DNA from: Gekko japonicus
Taxonomy: Eukaryota
NCBI RefSeq assembly: GCF_001447785.1
Contig: NW_015167536.1
Location: forward strand, 372,001 to 436,000
DNA: 64,000 nucleotides
Direction: 5' to 3'
Shown: piece after piece, positions 20,609-33,605 of the stretch
Layout of the letters: each line of letters opens with the position of its first letter
Numbering within the stretch: position 1 is the stretch's first letter
Position numbers and translations under genes: made by a program
Notes under the pieces: generated by a model
Seen by the model: the letters and a program-made list of their open reading frames with translations, nothing else
Database searches by the model: none
What the model was told of the DNA's origin: nothing

Positions 20609-22895
20609 CACGTGCATTTCCCATCTAGATGCAAAATCCCGTGACGACCAGTTAGACAGAACCCGGCAGACAGAATTTCCTGATCTACTCACAGCACCTC
20701 GATAGAGAGCCAATGCACGCCTTCATCTGCCAGTCACCGAAAATGCACAGTAATCAAGCGATGGGACTCATGCACGTGGGAAAGAGGCCTGATCGCCAAA
20801 TACGGGATAACAGTGACGGCTGCAAGGTAATCCCGTTGCAACCTAAAGGATAGGATGTAATACCAAACTGAACTGTGTCGAGTTCAGATGACAGGCGGGC
20901 ATCTAGCCCTGACTATCATGGGCAGGCAGGTGTCTAAGGCATAGATGCCCAGCGGGTGCTCAGACAAGTCTCAGAGGCACCGACACAGAGAATAACTAGG
21001 ATCACCCTGGCCAATGCAGAAAGAGCGTTGACAGGATAGAGTACTCGTCACAGAAAACAGCCTCCTTGATTTTAAATGGGGACAGACTTGCACCCTCAGT
21101 GGTTCACCTAGACCAACGTGCATAATGGATCTTCCACAGACACACTCACATCCCTAGAGGTCCTATTATAAATCAGTCACAGGTAAATGCACCCTCTGAA
21201 CTACAGATATAAATTACAAGCACACCGACCCTCTTCATGGCATGGAACCTATATCATCAATCACACGGGGAGCTATACATACCAACGCCTATATATCCGT
21301 GTAGATATATTTGAAACTCAGGAATATGTAAACAGACACAGAGGGACTGAGTCACCATCTGTTTAAACAGAATTGACTGGATTAGCCGATTACACATAAT
21401 GAGTAAGTCGAGTTGACCAGAGCCAGATATTGTGGTGCTGTAGAAGAAATTGCTGCCAATTTTTTTAAAAGCTGCACGAACACGCACAGGCACACACACT
21501 TTTGCTGGCATCCCCCCTGTACGGCCAAATTTAAGAATGTAAGGAATGATGCAGCTAAAGAGAGCAACTTTAACAACGACAACAATTTAAATTTGTGAAG
21601 CGTTAACATCGAATTTACAGTGCAGTCCTAACCCCTTTTAAGTCTGTTGGGTTTAGAAGGGCCTGTTTAGACTCACTGCACGGTCGGTGTGCTTAAAATT
21701 TGGATGGATGGTGTCCCCAGTGGAGTGTCCAGCAGGCACACATGGGGTTAAGCATCAACCCGGAATGTGTCGCCCCGATCCANNNNNNNNNNNNNNNNNN
21801 NNNNNNNNNNNNNNNNNNNNNNNNNNNNNNNNNNNNNNTAGATTCCTGTCGGTTTCAGTGCAATGTGATGCCACGGGTAGGATCTGAAGTCCCAGTTCTA
21901 TTGAAGTCAAGAGCTGCAGTCTGGCTCCATTGAAATCAACGTTAGTTTTGAAGATTCAGTAGAAGGAGGATTGCACCCAATGAGCAAGATCTCTTAGCTT
22001 TAAAGACTTCCCTGTTTGGAAGTATGCCTCACAGAAAAGGAAGAGAATGGCTTTCCAAGGGACCGGGTTTAAGATCTAGGGGTGACTACCCACCCTTCCT
22101 GGGAAGTTAAGTCCTACGGACAAATAAATGGGGCTTACCCCCAATTTAACTAGTTTGGGAGGACTGAAGTGCAAATCCTGCTTTCCTCTCCCTGAGTTGA
22201 GCTTGGGAGGGATAAACGGTGACTATACTCCCCCGTTTGCATCCATGGATACAGACAGGTAAACACACACACACAAGCACACACCCACGGCCCCGCTCAG
22301 ATAAACAGGCCTCTTGTGATTTATCTCCCCCCCCCCGAAAGTTTTCCCTAACACTGATCCCCAGATACATATCTTTTCTTCTACCCATTTTAGGAAGAAG
22401 TTCTCTGGTGTCCAGCAAGATGGTTTCCAGATAGAGAACTGCTTATGTTTCCGAACGCACCTCTGTGTGTTTTTGCCTTGAGAGAATAAACATTCTTCAC
22501 GCATACGCACACCCCACCCCACCAACAGGGCAGTATTTCTTCGGGTGTGGTTGGGTAACGTCTGGGGAAAGGAACCCACAAGGCGCTTAAGAAGGCGCTT
22601 CCAATGGGTCTGGGGAGCACCGAGACCTCCCAGAGAAAGGGTCCCCCTCGGTCCGATCCATTTCTTTACAAAGCAGTTCGGCAAAGGGCCATGCCTGCCT
22701 CTTGTGCATACCTGCGTTGTAAAAAGCGAAGCCTATATTGACAGGTGAGGGTGGAAGAAAGAGGGATCGAACATTTCCTTCATCCCCGGCTCTGCTGGGG
22801 TTAGGGGTGTCCAGGTTAGATGGGGTTGATGGCCGATCGCACATCTAACCACGCGATCCACCACCCAGTTAAGCTTCAACACGAGGATTTATAAC

Positions 22896-23104
22896 CAATG
22901 CTTCCTCTAAGCTGTAGAGTATTGTGAGTAAAAATTCTACTTTGTGAGCCACTGGCATGAAAGTTGTGAGCAAACGATTTGGCTGCTGCATAAATCAGTT
23001 TGCTCTGGAGCCATTCTTCCTGAGCTAAGACAAAAATGTGCGAGCCAGAGGCCGCTAAAAAACTGTGAGGTAGCTCACACTAACTCAGCTTAGAGGGAAC
23101 TCTG
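22896..23104 (-). mobile_element. hAT-type MITE, CAGTGTTCCCTCTAAGCTG family
   Basis: Reverse copy of the 17898 element. Perfect 8-bp TSD TTTATAAC at 22888-22895 and 23105-23112. Confidence 0.92.
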
Positions 23105-26065
23105 TTTATAACCCTATTTATTTACCTTAGTTAAGATATCCGTCAAGCTTTACCGAGTTGGGGGGTTCTTAGGACGCCATTCGGAAAATGAGAAGCGTTT
23201 GAGGCTTAAAATTCGCGAGGCTGCGGACCCGTTTGCCAAAGAGCTGCCCTTCCCCAAAATCTGATAACTTTACCACCTAGTCCAACCCAGGAACATCTTA
23301 GACCCGTGTCGTCCCCGTGGGACAAACTGAGGCTTCCTTTTCCCAATGAACTCAGCCGGGGGACTACTTCCGAGTAAACAGGCACAGGATTGGGACTGCA
23401 CTTTCGACTGGGAGGGGTGGCCCTTTAAAAGGGGCCCTTTCCCTTGGAAATGACATCAATAGGTCGCGATTTCCACCAAAAGGTGGATTGGCTTCGCGAA
23501 TTGCTAGCAACTTTCTTCCCCCTACACTTCGCTTCTGACTGACTGGTTGGTTCGGCTTCTTTCTGCGGGTTTCTTTCATCCCCTTCTTATCAGCTCTTCC
23601 TCTGGCGATAAAACACCGCCCGTCCTTTTAACTTGTGCAAACGGAGCCCTCCTTTCAACTCCGGGGCTTGGGACGCGTCGCGGGTTTCCCAGCGGCTCTC
23701 CCCAAGCTACCGCGCCCTCGATGCCAACCCGCGGAGGCAGAGCAGAGGCCCCGTGCAAAACTTTGCCCTCGGAGGTGCTACATAAGGTCCCTTTTGGGGT
23801 CTGGCGGAAGATTCCATCCCAAGTAGAACCCCCAAAGCAAAGTCAAAACCGCATTGACAATAACAGCGCTTTAGCAAATGCCGTTTTATCTCCGCGATGC
23901 CGCCATGGAAATAGACAAAGGCTGCATTCCTAAAATTGTTTTTTCCTGGGAGTAAGCTCCGTTGAATAAAATCAGACTTACTTTTGAGTAGACCTGCTTT
24001 AGGCTTGCTCCCCAAATCGCCTGGTAGATGCTATTATCTACCCTTGCCTACAAGTTGGGAGATGGCTGTCCATGGCACACGGAAAGATTAAGCATGTGGT
24101 TTTTATTTAGGGTTCGGTTTCAATCATTTCTCACCACATTGTCTGTTATGCTACCGAGTGCGCTTAAAAGGTACTGCTGGAGCTGGCGGTGTGGAGAAGA
24201 GCAGAACTGGCCGGTCTACAATCCCGAAAATCCTGGCTGGAGTTTAAAAGGAGCTGCCACCCTTTTGCTTCGAAGCTTATAGCCCTGTTAATGTCAGGGG
24301 AGTCAACCTCCAAGGATAGGCTGAGAGAAATGCGGCTCCGTCCTTGGAAGGGTTACTCGGAAGTAAGTCCCACTGAGTTCCAAAGGATTTACTCCCGAGT
24401 AAGCGCGTTCAGCGTGACAGCCTTGGAAGGAAAGAGAAATTCAGTGGGAGACGGATCGCGACGAGCCAACTTTGAAAGGGGACTAGTGATTGTGGGAAAA
24501 CGTAAGGAGATTTAGGGAGAAGCAATCCTCCACTGCGGGGCTTTCTCCTTGCCACCGGTCAATAAATTATGGGTTGCATTTCCCTATCGCATGTCCATGG
24601 AAGTAAGCGTCGGCCGGAACACTGACCGGAACAACTCGATCCTGTGCCATCCTATCCAGAAGTTAATTCCCACGGAGCGCTATCTGGTAAAGGTCTGCAG
24701 AGGACTGCAGTTCTATTCCTACCAAGACTGTGTTGAGGACCGAATCGACAACGCCTGAAATCGACACGTGTTAGGGGAGACGTGGGGTAGACAGACCCTA
24801 AATCTGGCGGCTACAATATTTGGTCCTTTTTGCAGAGCTGGACTCTGCAGCCCTCCACAGACTTGCACGAGAGCAGATCCAGTCAGAGCAAAGTGTCTGC
24901 TGCAGCAAGCCAGAGGAGACGGGACCGATCTGCACACCTCGATTCTCCAGCTAAAATCTAAAATACTCCCCACTCCTCTCTTAATATATGGTTACTTAGA
25001 AGTAACCCCCATTCATGGAGACCGCTTTTAGACATACCGTGTATATATGCCGGTTATACAGTGTATATGCTCGGTAGTGAGTCCTATGGAACTCAATGGA
25101 ATTTACATGTATTTACTGCTAAATAACAATGTCTTCCTAATAAGGTCTTCTTAGAATCCTGCTTAAGTCTACTCAGTAGGGTTTGCTTTCAGAAAAGTGT
25201 TCCTAGGATTGCATTGTTAGTTCTCACCCCCCAAGTAAAGTATGTATATGACCACAAGTAAGAATCGGACTGCCGAGAATAGGCAGACTGTTGGTATGCC
25301 GATCCTAAACACTACTGACTTGTGGTATCCCTTAGTCTAGCTGACTTTACCGAAAGAATATAAGATCAAAGTATCCATAGACAAAAATGTGACATAGAAC
25401 AGTTTCTAGGTGATTTGCTTAGAGTTTCATTCCAATATTTATTTCTCTCTCTATCTCTCTCTCTCTCTCTCATTTAACCTCTTCTCACCTCTTCTGTATT
25501 AGGTCTCCTCTACACACTTATAGACTAGGACAGAAGAAGTCTCAATCGCGCGCTTCTCCCCTGTGGTAGGTACGGAGGTCTTTCGGGCACCACTCCACCA
25601 CCACGGACCCGGCTAAAGCCCTGTCTCCAGACTTCACAGCTCTTTGCCAAACAAGTAAATTAACCTGCTGCTCCAAACAATTGCCCCGAGATGATGTCTC
25701 TCCCCCAACAACAAGACTTCGCGTTCCCCAGTCAACTCTCCCTTTGTTCTGCTGTCCAAATCCGGGGTCGTGACCTAGGCGAGCGCAAAGCAAACCAGCG
25801 AGTAAACATTTTAGTGGGGATTCTTTCAATATTTATTAGAAGTGCTCCAAGTTAAACCAGGTTGGGGTGGGATTTGGTGGGTGGGTGGGGGTGGACCAGG
25901 CAAGTCTCTGAAAGATCTGGCCCTTGGCGGCTCCAGCAAACTGGGTTGGTGTTGTGCTCCTGCATGAATGCTCCTTTCAGTTTCTAGAGGGTTTGGTCAG
26001 GAGGGTGAAAAGATGGAGGATCTGCATCTAGTTACATGCCAGAGTTTAGGTGCTCTGCCGCAGCG

Positions 26066-26069
26066 ATAG

Positions 26070-26145
<76 letters not shown>
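26066..26145. repeat. (GATA)n microsatellite
   Basis: Direct reading. Confidence 0.97.
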
Positions 26146-26465
26146 CAACCTTCATGGAAAGATTACGTCCTACCATACAGTGTATACACTCCACAGATAG
26201 ATAGACAGATGCAATCTACAGAAGGCATGATTCCTTGCTCATCTATATAAGGGCCGAGGGCAGATATACCTAAGCACACACTCCCACGCTACATGTAGGT
26301 AGGTATGCATTAAGGCAGAGTGTTCTAACTTGTGTTTAGACTGGGCACATCTACCGTTTTATACATCTTTTCTTCTCTCTCTCTTCTTCCCCCTCTCCCT
26401 CTGCCTCTCTGTGTGCTCTTTTATTTCTTGGCATTCGTGCCAGAATGGGAAAGTGGTTTTATTGT

Positions 26466-26467
<2 letters not shown>

Positions 26468-26510
<43 letters not shown>
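26468..26510. repeat. (GT)n microsatellite
   Basis: Direct reading. Confidence 0.97.
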
Positions 26511-26512
<2 letters not shown>

Positions 26513-28306
26513 AATCCGGTAGTGTTTTCCAGGTTTGTTTTTTCTTCTTCTCCAGGCCTGGCATTTCCTTGTACGGAGGAGATCGGAAGGAAGACAAGGA
26601 GCCTTCAGGAATTTGGGGAGAGGGAGGCACCTGGAGGTAGACGAGCCTGGGGGGTGGGGAGTGTGTGCAATAGAAATACCTCAGGCTCCCCAACAAAAAA
26701 GGAAAGTGTGTGTCTGTGTGAAAAGAAATGGGAAGAGGAATCCATTGCCTGTACCTGGTGCTATTGGGTTGGAGTGAACGGCTTCTTCCCCGCCACTGTA
26801 GAAAACCCCCCTTTGTTTGTTTCTGCTCTGCGGCTAATGATTTGACATTCAAGTCATTTCCTTCTTTCTATATCTTCTCTATGAGCGAGAGGCATCGGTG
26901 GGGCTCGTCTCAAAGGTCAATTCTTTCCTTTTCTCTTTCCCCCCCCCATGCTTTTGTCCTCCATGATTTCTCCTCCCTCGAAATGCACACCTTTTAGGAA
27001 GTGCCAAACGGTTGTGGGGTTTAGCCTTGGGACCCTCGGCCTGGTTCAGTCCTCTGCTTTGATTTGCAGGTTCCTCTTTGTCACACAGGCACCCGATCCC
27101 CGAACTCACTTACATGGAAGTCAAAAGTGCCCTTTCCGGATCGGTCTGCTAGTGCCTAGAATACTTCCCCATAACTGGGAGGGAAAAGATATGCAGCGCC
27201 TTGTTTCTTTCGGCCACAGTATGCTATTGTTTTCAGCAGCTGGAAGCCAGTCAAATGTATGTGGATGCTCACGAGCAAGGTGAGACCTTCCCCGGTGAGG
27301 GAAAGGTGCCAGCTAGGAGAGTCTGGCAGGAGACATCAAGATCAGTAAGTGCCCTCACCACAACACTGGCATTTCACGAAAATGTGGAGAGCCCTGGACA
27401 GAGAGGAGACGGTCGCCAAGGGGTTCTCAGTACTAAAAGAGGGGTGGGGGAAGAGATGTTAAAGGAGCTGTTAAACTAATCCCTCTTGTCTTCTCTTTCT
27501 CCCTAGCTTCATCTCCTTATAGAAGGTATTCCATGCTGACGATGGAAATAAAGGCAAAGGTGTTGAGTGTGGTGATTTTTAACTGCTTGGAAAATATCTG
27601 GGATTTTACTGTGGCTCGTGTCCAAATGCATGTTGGAGAAGGACCCCTACGTGTAAAACTGATCTTGGATCCACCCCTTCCCTTGTTGCTTGTGTCAGGA
27701 GAACAAAAAAAAAAAAACCCACACTGTCCATAATATGCCATTTCTATAAGAAGGTACCCAGAGAGAAATTATTCTCCATCTAACATTAGGACTTTGAAAC
27801 TGGTTGGCCTGGGTTCAGAACAAGCAAAAGGAAACTCTTCTTTAAACAGTGTTGTTATTATCTACCTGGTTTCACCATCACAAGATATGGGGAGGCCACT
27901 CGCTTTTTAGAAAGACGGGGCAAATTTGGCTCAGACGACCCCTGTAAGCCCTGATATGGGTCTGAAAGGACAAGGGACAACCCATCAACTCCATGCCCTC
28001 TTTGTGAACTTCTTGCTGATGGCTCTGTCTAGCTGTAGGTAGCTTTGACGTTCTACAAGGTCTTCACTTGGACCCATTGGTTGCACCTGGATCTAGAAGC
28101 AATTCTAGCACTGTGAGTCTTGTCCCTTTCTCTGCTGCCTTTGAGGACCATGTGAAACCTGGAGAGGCCAAACTCTGTGTATTAGACTGTTTAACAAGTC
28201 TAATATCTGTGCTTGAGGTTTTTGTACCTGTCACACAGCAGCTGAACTGGGTGGTCTCCTGGTTCTTTCAAGGCACATAACTCTGATTCTCTAGGCTTCT
28301 GTGCAT

Positions 28307-28500
28307 TGGTGGTGGAAAGTGCCCTCAAGTCACAGCTGACTTATGGCGACCCCATAGGATTTTCAAGACAAGAGATGTTTAGAGACTGTTTGCCATTGCC
28401 TGCCTTGGAGTCACGACCCTGGTATTCCTTGGAGGTCTCCCATCCAAATACTAGCCCTTCCTAGCTTCGAGATCTGACAAGATTGGGCTAGCCTGGGCTT
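28307..28500 (-). mobile_element. 5S rRNA-derived SINE, reverse copy
   Basis: Reverse-complement homology to 13570-13777: ggtctcccatccaaatactag (5S box C region) and gtgccctcaagtcacagctgacttatggcgacccc (tail). Confidence 0.82.
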
Positions 28501-30769
28501 TACCACGACCTATAAGGGTAATATAAACACTGCTGAGTCTTGGTGTTAAATACTAGGGCTGGCTAATAATACATGGGTGCAACACATACCGGTTTAAATG
28601 AGGATGACTTTGTTCTTTAACTTCCAGTAGATGTCAATGGAACCCTACATGTGTCCTTGCTAGCATTTTTTTTTAAAGCACACAGATTACCGAGGATATT
28701 TGGCATCAAAATAGCAAACAGAACCCTAAAGGATAAAGAAAAGGGGGTATCTTGAGAGTAAAGGGGGGGGGAATGGAAAGGGGTGGCGTATCAAACAGAA
28801 TATAACTCATCAGAATGCCATGGAGGGGAGATGATAGCTGTTGTAAAAACTAAATCACACATATGAATGGTCAGATAAAAACAGTGGGTAAGAAAGAGAA
28901 TTGTCCCTTTTTGTAAGACAGCTCTCCTGTTCTGCTTGGTTTAAATCTGTCTAGGTCCAGAGACTTTCTAACCTACGGCAAAGCCTCCCTATACTTTTCT
29001 GCGAAGGAAACCCATCTCTACTGCGAAATGAACATATAGAAAGAAAGAAAAGAGGGCAACCTTGGCTAGAAATCGCGAACACCGTTCGCATAAGGGCTGC
29101 TGGCTGTTGGTAAGGAAATACAGAGTCTTTCAACTAAAGTCCCCAAATGTTTGGCTTGGTCCCTTGCCCATCAAAATAAATCAAGGCGACAGATTAGGAA
29201 GTACATAAAACTATATCTCTTGGATAATGATATACGAGACCACAATAAATATAAGTTACATGTTGAAGCTGCTGGCAGATATGGCTGGGAACCCCCGTAA
29301 CTCATTCATTTAGCACTGGCGGGGTGTTTGTCTTTTAATTACTATTAAACCGTGGAGTTGAACACACACACACCCCACACACCCTCCAATGAATGGGGTG
29401 AGGGGGGGGAAGAGGGGAACGCGAGAAGCTATGGCCAGATCGGAGACGTCTAGGGGCAGATGCTGTTAACAATTTAGGAAACAAGGTTAGGCTACCCTAT
29501 ACTAGGGGAGAGGGGAGAGTTTCTTTTGACCGTGTCCAGTTCACAGTCTTTTCAAGATGGAAGTCGCGCCTTGCAAGTTCCACGACTGCTTCTTTCTGCG
29601 GGGTCTTGCCTAGCAAACCTAGAATACCGAAGGCAGGTTCCTTCGGAAATGACCTTTTTGAAACAGAGTTTCTATGGCCCATTTTGATCGCCTTGTGTAC
29701 CAGGGCTTTCCTAACAGCCTCCTTTTCTGGCCATCTAAGTCCCCGCTAAGTGTTCCCGGCAGGACCGTTAGAAGAAGCCTTCCTTTTCAGCAAGACACTT
29801 GTCAACATCATAATAATAACTCTAACCGAGAACAAGAAAGTACCCACAACTCCTCAAGCAACTTCGAACAGACTGGACTATAACACACGCGGGCTTTCAA
29901 ACAGCTCCCTGGCCTCCCTTTTATCCTCCTGAAACACTCTCACCTGGCTTAACTTTTGGAAGGTAAATAGGTCAAAGTCCATCACCGAGGAACGGGTAGG
30001 AGTGAGAAGCTTTGGTACCAGCCATGGCGTAGAAGACAGACATGTGAAACAAGAAGAGATCCAACCATTCCACACAGCTGTGGACCATGTTTCACGGAAG
30101 TCATCGCCAGGCTTCTGGTCCCTGAACTGCACAGGAGATACTGAAGCTCTGACATGAGGTGGCATAGAGATCCAAGGGCTTGGTCATACTGATTCATCGG
30201 CGGCGGCTGGTGGTGGCCACAGGGTTCCATGGACTGAACTTTTCACAAGTTTGCCGAGTTCCAAACGTGGACCAGTCAACACCAGAGAATCTGGTCCTCC
30301 CTCCCCCTGTTCTCCCACCCCCATGCCTGAATTTTGGTTACAACAAGATTCTTATTCATCTGTTGCCGAGACTTATGGCACCTTAAAGACCCACCTATTT
30401 CCAGACGGCACCCCTTTGGCTAAAGAATTGCACATTTCAAAAAACAAAAAACTGCACATATTTTTTTGTTCACGTTGCGTTCTGGTTTTTTTTATATAAA
30501 AAAGGCAAGATACTTACTTGGCGTAGGAAACTTTGCTCTTACCATAGGATAGCCAGCTGGGAAATCTTCCAAAGTATGGGAAGGCGGGAAAATGAGATGG
30601 GAGGCTTGGCCGAGACTTCACCCTTCCTTCTTTTCTCTGGGGTTATTTTGGTGACAGCACAATGCGATAACACGCATTGAATGAGCGCAGAAGGTACACG
30701 TTGGGAGACTCGCTCGGGTCAGAGGGGGCTTGGAGGTCAGTCGGAGTGGCGAGAATAAAACTGCTGGCG

Positions 30770-30795
30770 TAGAAAAGTTGCCCTCTGCGTGAACC
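30770..30795 (-). promoter_or_regulatory. Hox4-type 3' DR5 retinoic acid response element
   Basis: Minus strand GGTTCA-CGCAG-AGGGCA followed by ACTTTTCT, ~3.7 kb 3' of the HoxC4 stop. Matches the GGTTCA-n5-AGG(A/C)CA plus TTTTCT-flank pattern I recall for paralog-4 3' neural RAREs. Confidence 0.75.
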
Positions 30796-30897
30796 CTCTC
30801 TCTCTCTCTCTCTCTCTCTCTTTTTGCCTTTTACCCGAACTTCAATAAAGTACCTCTGAGGCTCTCAACATGGAGGCGTCAAAAAACAGAGAGAGAG

Positions 30898-30936
<39 letters not shown>

Positions 30937-31269
30937 ACAAAGTTTGGTTTATCTCATGCCATTCTTCCTTTTTTTTTCCCCTCTCCCTTCCCCCCCCCTC
31001 TCCCTTTCTAAGTCATTCTAATCTCTCTGCCCAGCTAAGAATTGTTTCATGGCCAAGTCTAAAGGTTAAAGCATATGAAATATTTTAAAAAAGGAAAAGA
31101 AAGATCAGAAAAGATTGCAGGAGATAAACACTGAAGTCCGCCCCAAGGAGAAAATAGGGGGTGGGGGTGGGGTGCAAGATACAGATCCGATGTCGAACCA
31201 TGCTGTTCCCGAAAAGTGTCTCCTTTTTTTAAAAAAATAAATCTGAATATGCAGACTATACAGTTGCAA

Positions 31270-31288
31270 AAGTGATTGATGCTTTTCT
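31270..31288 (-). promoter_or_regulatory. CR3-like Hox/Pbx-responsive element 3' of HoxC4
   Basis: Minus strand AGAAAAGCATCAATCACTT closely resembles the Hoxb4 CR3 core as I recall it (AGAAAACCATTAATCACTT). Contains TGATTGAT on the plus strand. Confidence 0.55.
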
Positions 31289-32839
31289 TTTTCCTCCCTC
31301 CGGGTCTCCTAGGCAGACAACAGAGAATACACACGCATACACACACACACACACATACAAAAAGGGCCCATCGCTTTCAGGCTGATCCCCTTGCAGACAC
31401 TTCGTTAAGTATTCATCAAGTTCTGAAAGCGGCGTGTGAAATTCAGAAACAAAACACGACAAAGCCAAACGCTCCCGAGCACAGATACAGGCTCATCCAT
31501 ACAGTTTCCCAGGGTCACTTGCTGGAGAACTTCTGGTAAGTTTCCCTTTAAAAGGGGAGGGGAGACGCCGAGTGTGTCCCTAGGTGGGTGTACTGGAGCT
31601 CCGAGACCCGCTTTGCAACATGTGGCTCGTGCAGCAGGCGGTACCATCCCTGGCAAGTTAGGGACTCTTGCCGATTCTTTGCTTACAACTCCTCCTGGAA
31701 AGACTGGTCCTTTCCCACCCATCCCCACTATCTCTTTTGGCAGTGGATTTGCTGATTTATTTGGAAACACACACACACAAACACAAAACAGAGAGAGAGA
31801 GAGATCCTTTCTAGATAGATCGATGGATTCAGCTTGAAGCCCCATCCCCTGCCTACTTGCACAGAAGTAAGTCTAACAGAGTTCAGGGATGCTTGCTTCC
31901 AAGTAAGTGTGCCTCTACTTACTTGCTACCCCCCCACACACACCCACACACACAAACACACACACTAGACTAAACAGGATGAACCAACAGGCCTGACCAT
32001 GAGAAGGAAAGACTGGTTACCAGCAACACTTCTTAATTTATCCCATTTTTGATCACCCGGAACTGTGCAAATGCAGCCCTAGGTTCATGCTTACCATCAC
32101 AAGAATGCCTTTTCTGGGTTCTTTGACTATGCCAAGCAAAGTACAGGAAGCAAGGCAACTAACAGGCTATATTGCCTCTAATCCATCGATTTGGAGGCTT
32201 CCTGGACCACTGGCTTCCCCAAGCGGGTCTGGATTACAGCCACCGAGTGTGTAATTCTGACCCATTTAAAATCAATACCAGTTCTGCTTTGACTTGAATG
32301 AGATGTAGATTACTCCCCTAATCTGTATCCCCTTGTCAATTACTTTCTCCTTCCCTGCCTCCCCCCCACCCCCATCATAGATGCTGAAACCATTTACTTA
32401 ATGGATATCAAGGATCATTGGGGTTGGGGGGGGAGGAAGGGAGGGAAAGGTCCCCTTTGAATCCCCCTCCTCGACCCAGCCCTCCAGAACTCCTGAATTA
32501 AATAGTTCCTTGGCTATCGAACCATACTAGCACTGAAAAGAGCAGGAAACGCAGACATTAATATGACCACTGCAAAGTACTGGCATGGCTAAGAACTCAG
32601 GCCACAACACTGAAGGGCATATGATTCAAGACGGTTGAAACACCATTGAAATCAACAGGGCTAAACTGGATCAAATCCCTTTACTTCAGAGGAAATCAGT
32701 TTTGGAGGGGCCCTTATGATATCTACAGGCTACAACCACAGGCCTCTTGAAACAAGCTTCTATGGGAGAGGTACACTTCAAACACAATCCTTTCTACTAG
32801 CAAATAGGGACAGATTTGGTTCTAGAAAGGCATTTGCTG

Positions 32840-32892
<53 letters not shown>
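32840..32892. repeat. (TATC)n microsatellite
   Basis: Direct reading. Confidence 0.97.
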
Positions 32893-33605
32893 CTACCTAC
32901 CCACCCACCTATACATTAATCCACCAAGTCCCCTATGTACACAGAGAGACACACACGTGCATGGCCTCTTTGCAAACACTTCTATACACTCCTCCCAGCC
33001 ACCCTTCCTGCTTCCCCAGGGAAGTAAACAAATCCTGATTTGCTACAATTTCTTCCCATCATATCTACAGCAGTGTCAATGTTAGCAATGCATTCAAAGC
33101 TCAGGACTGGGGAGGGGGGGACACTTCAGCTAAAGCTTGCTTAAGTTTATGGAGAATGAAAGACAGGGGAGTAAAGGAAACCTCCATTAAAAAAATTACT
33201 ACTGAGTTGATTGGTATGCAAGGGGAAAGCATTAAAAAGGCACCCTGGATTTACATGGAAGAAGATACAAAGACAGGGTTATATTCTTTAAAGGCCACAC
33301 ACATCTGATGCTCCCAAGGCCTCCTAGCAGAATCAGACGGCTGGAGCATCTTTCCCCCCATCTTGTGATGTCACAGGGTACAAAGGACACAATCCCTAAA
33401 CTCAGTGACAAACTGGTCACTGATTCAGTGACATATAGGATGTCTTTAGAAGGCTTCTTAAATTTAACTGATAACCTGCCCATTTTTTAGGAAACCAGTG
33501 CCTTGGCATAACCCCCTCTTCCCAGGCCCAGGACAAAGCACACACACAAAAAGTAAAAGAACTCACCAGGCATTCCAAAGTCAATCTGTGTTCACACTCA
33601 CTGGT

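Noticed and set aside
23922-23927. ATGCAG (MQ) as a HoxC3 start codon
   Set aside because: It is part of the terminal motif (ggctgcattccta) of a palindromic mini-element.
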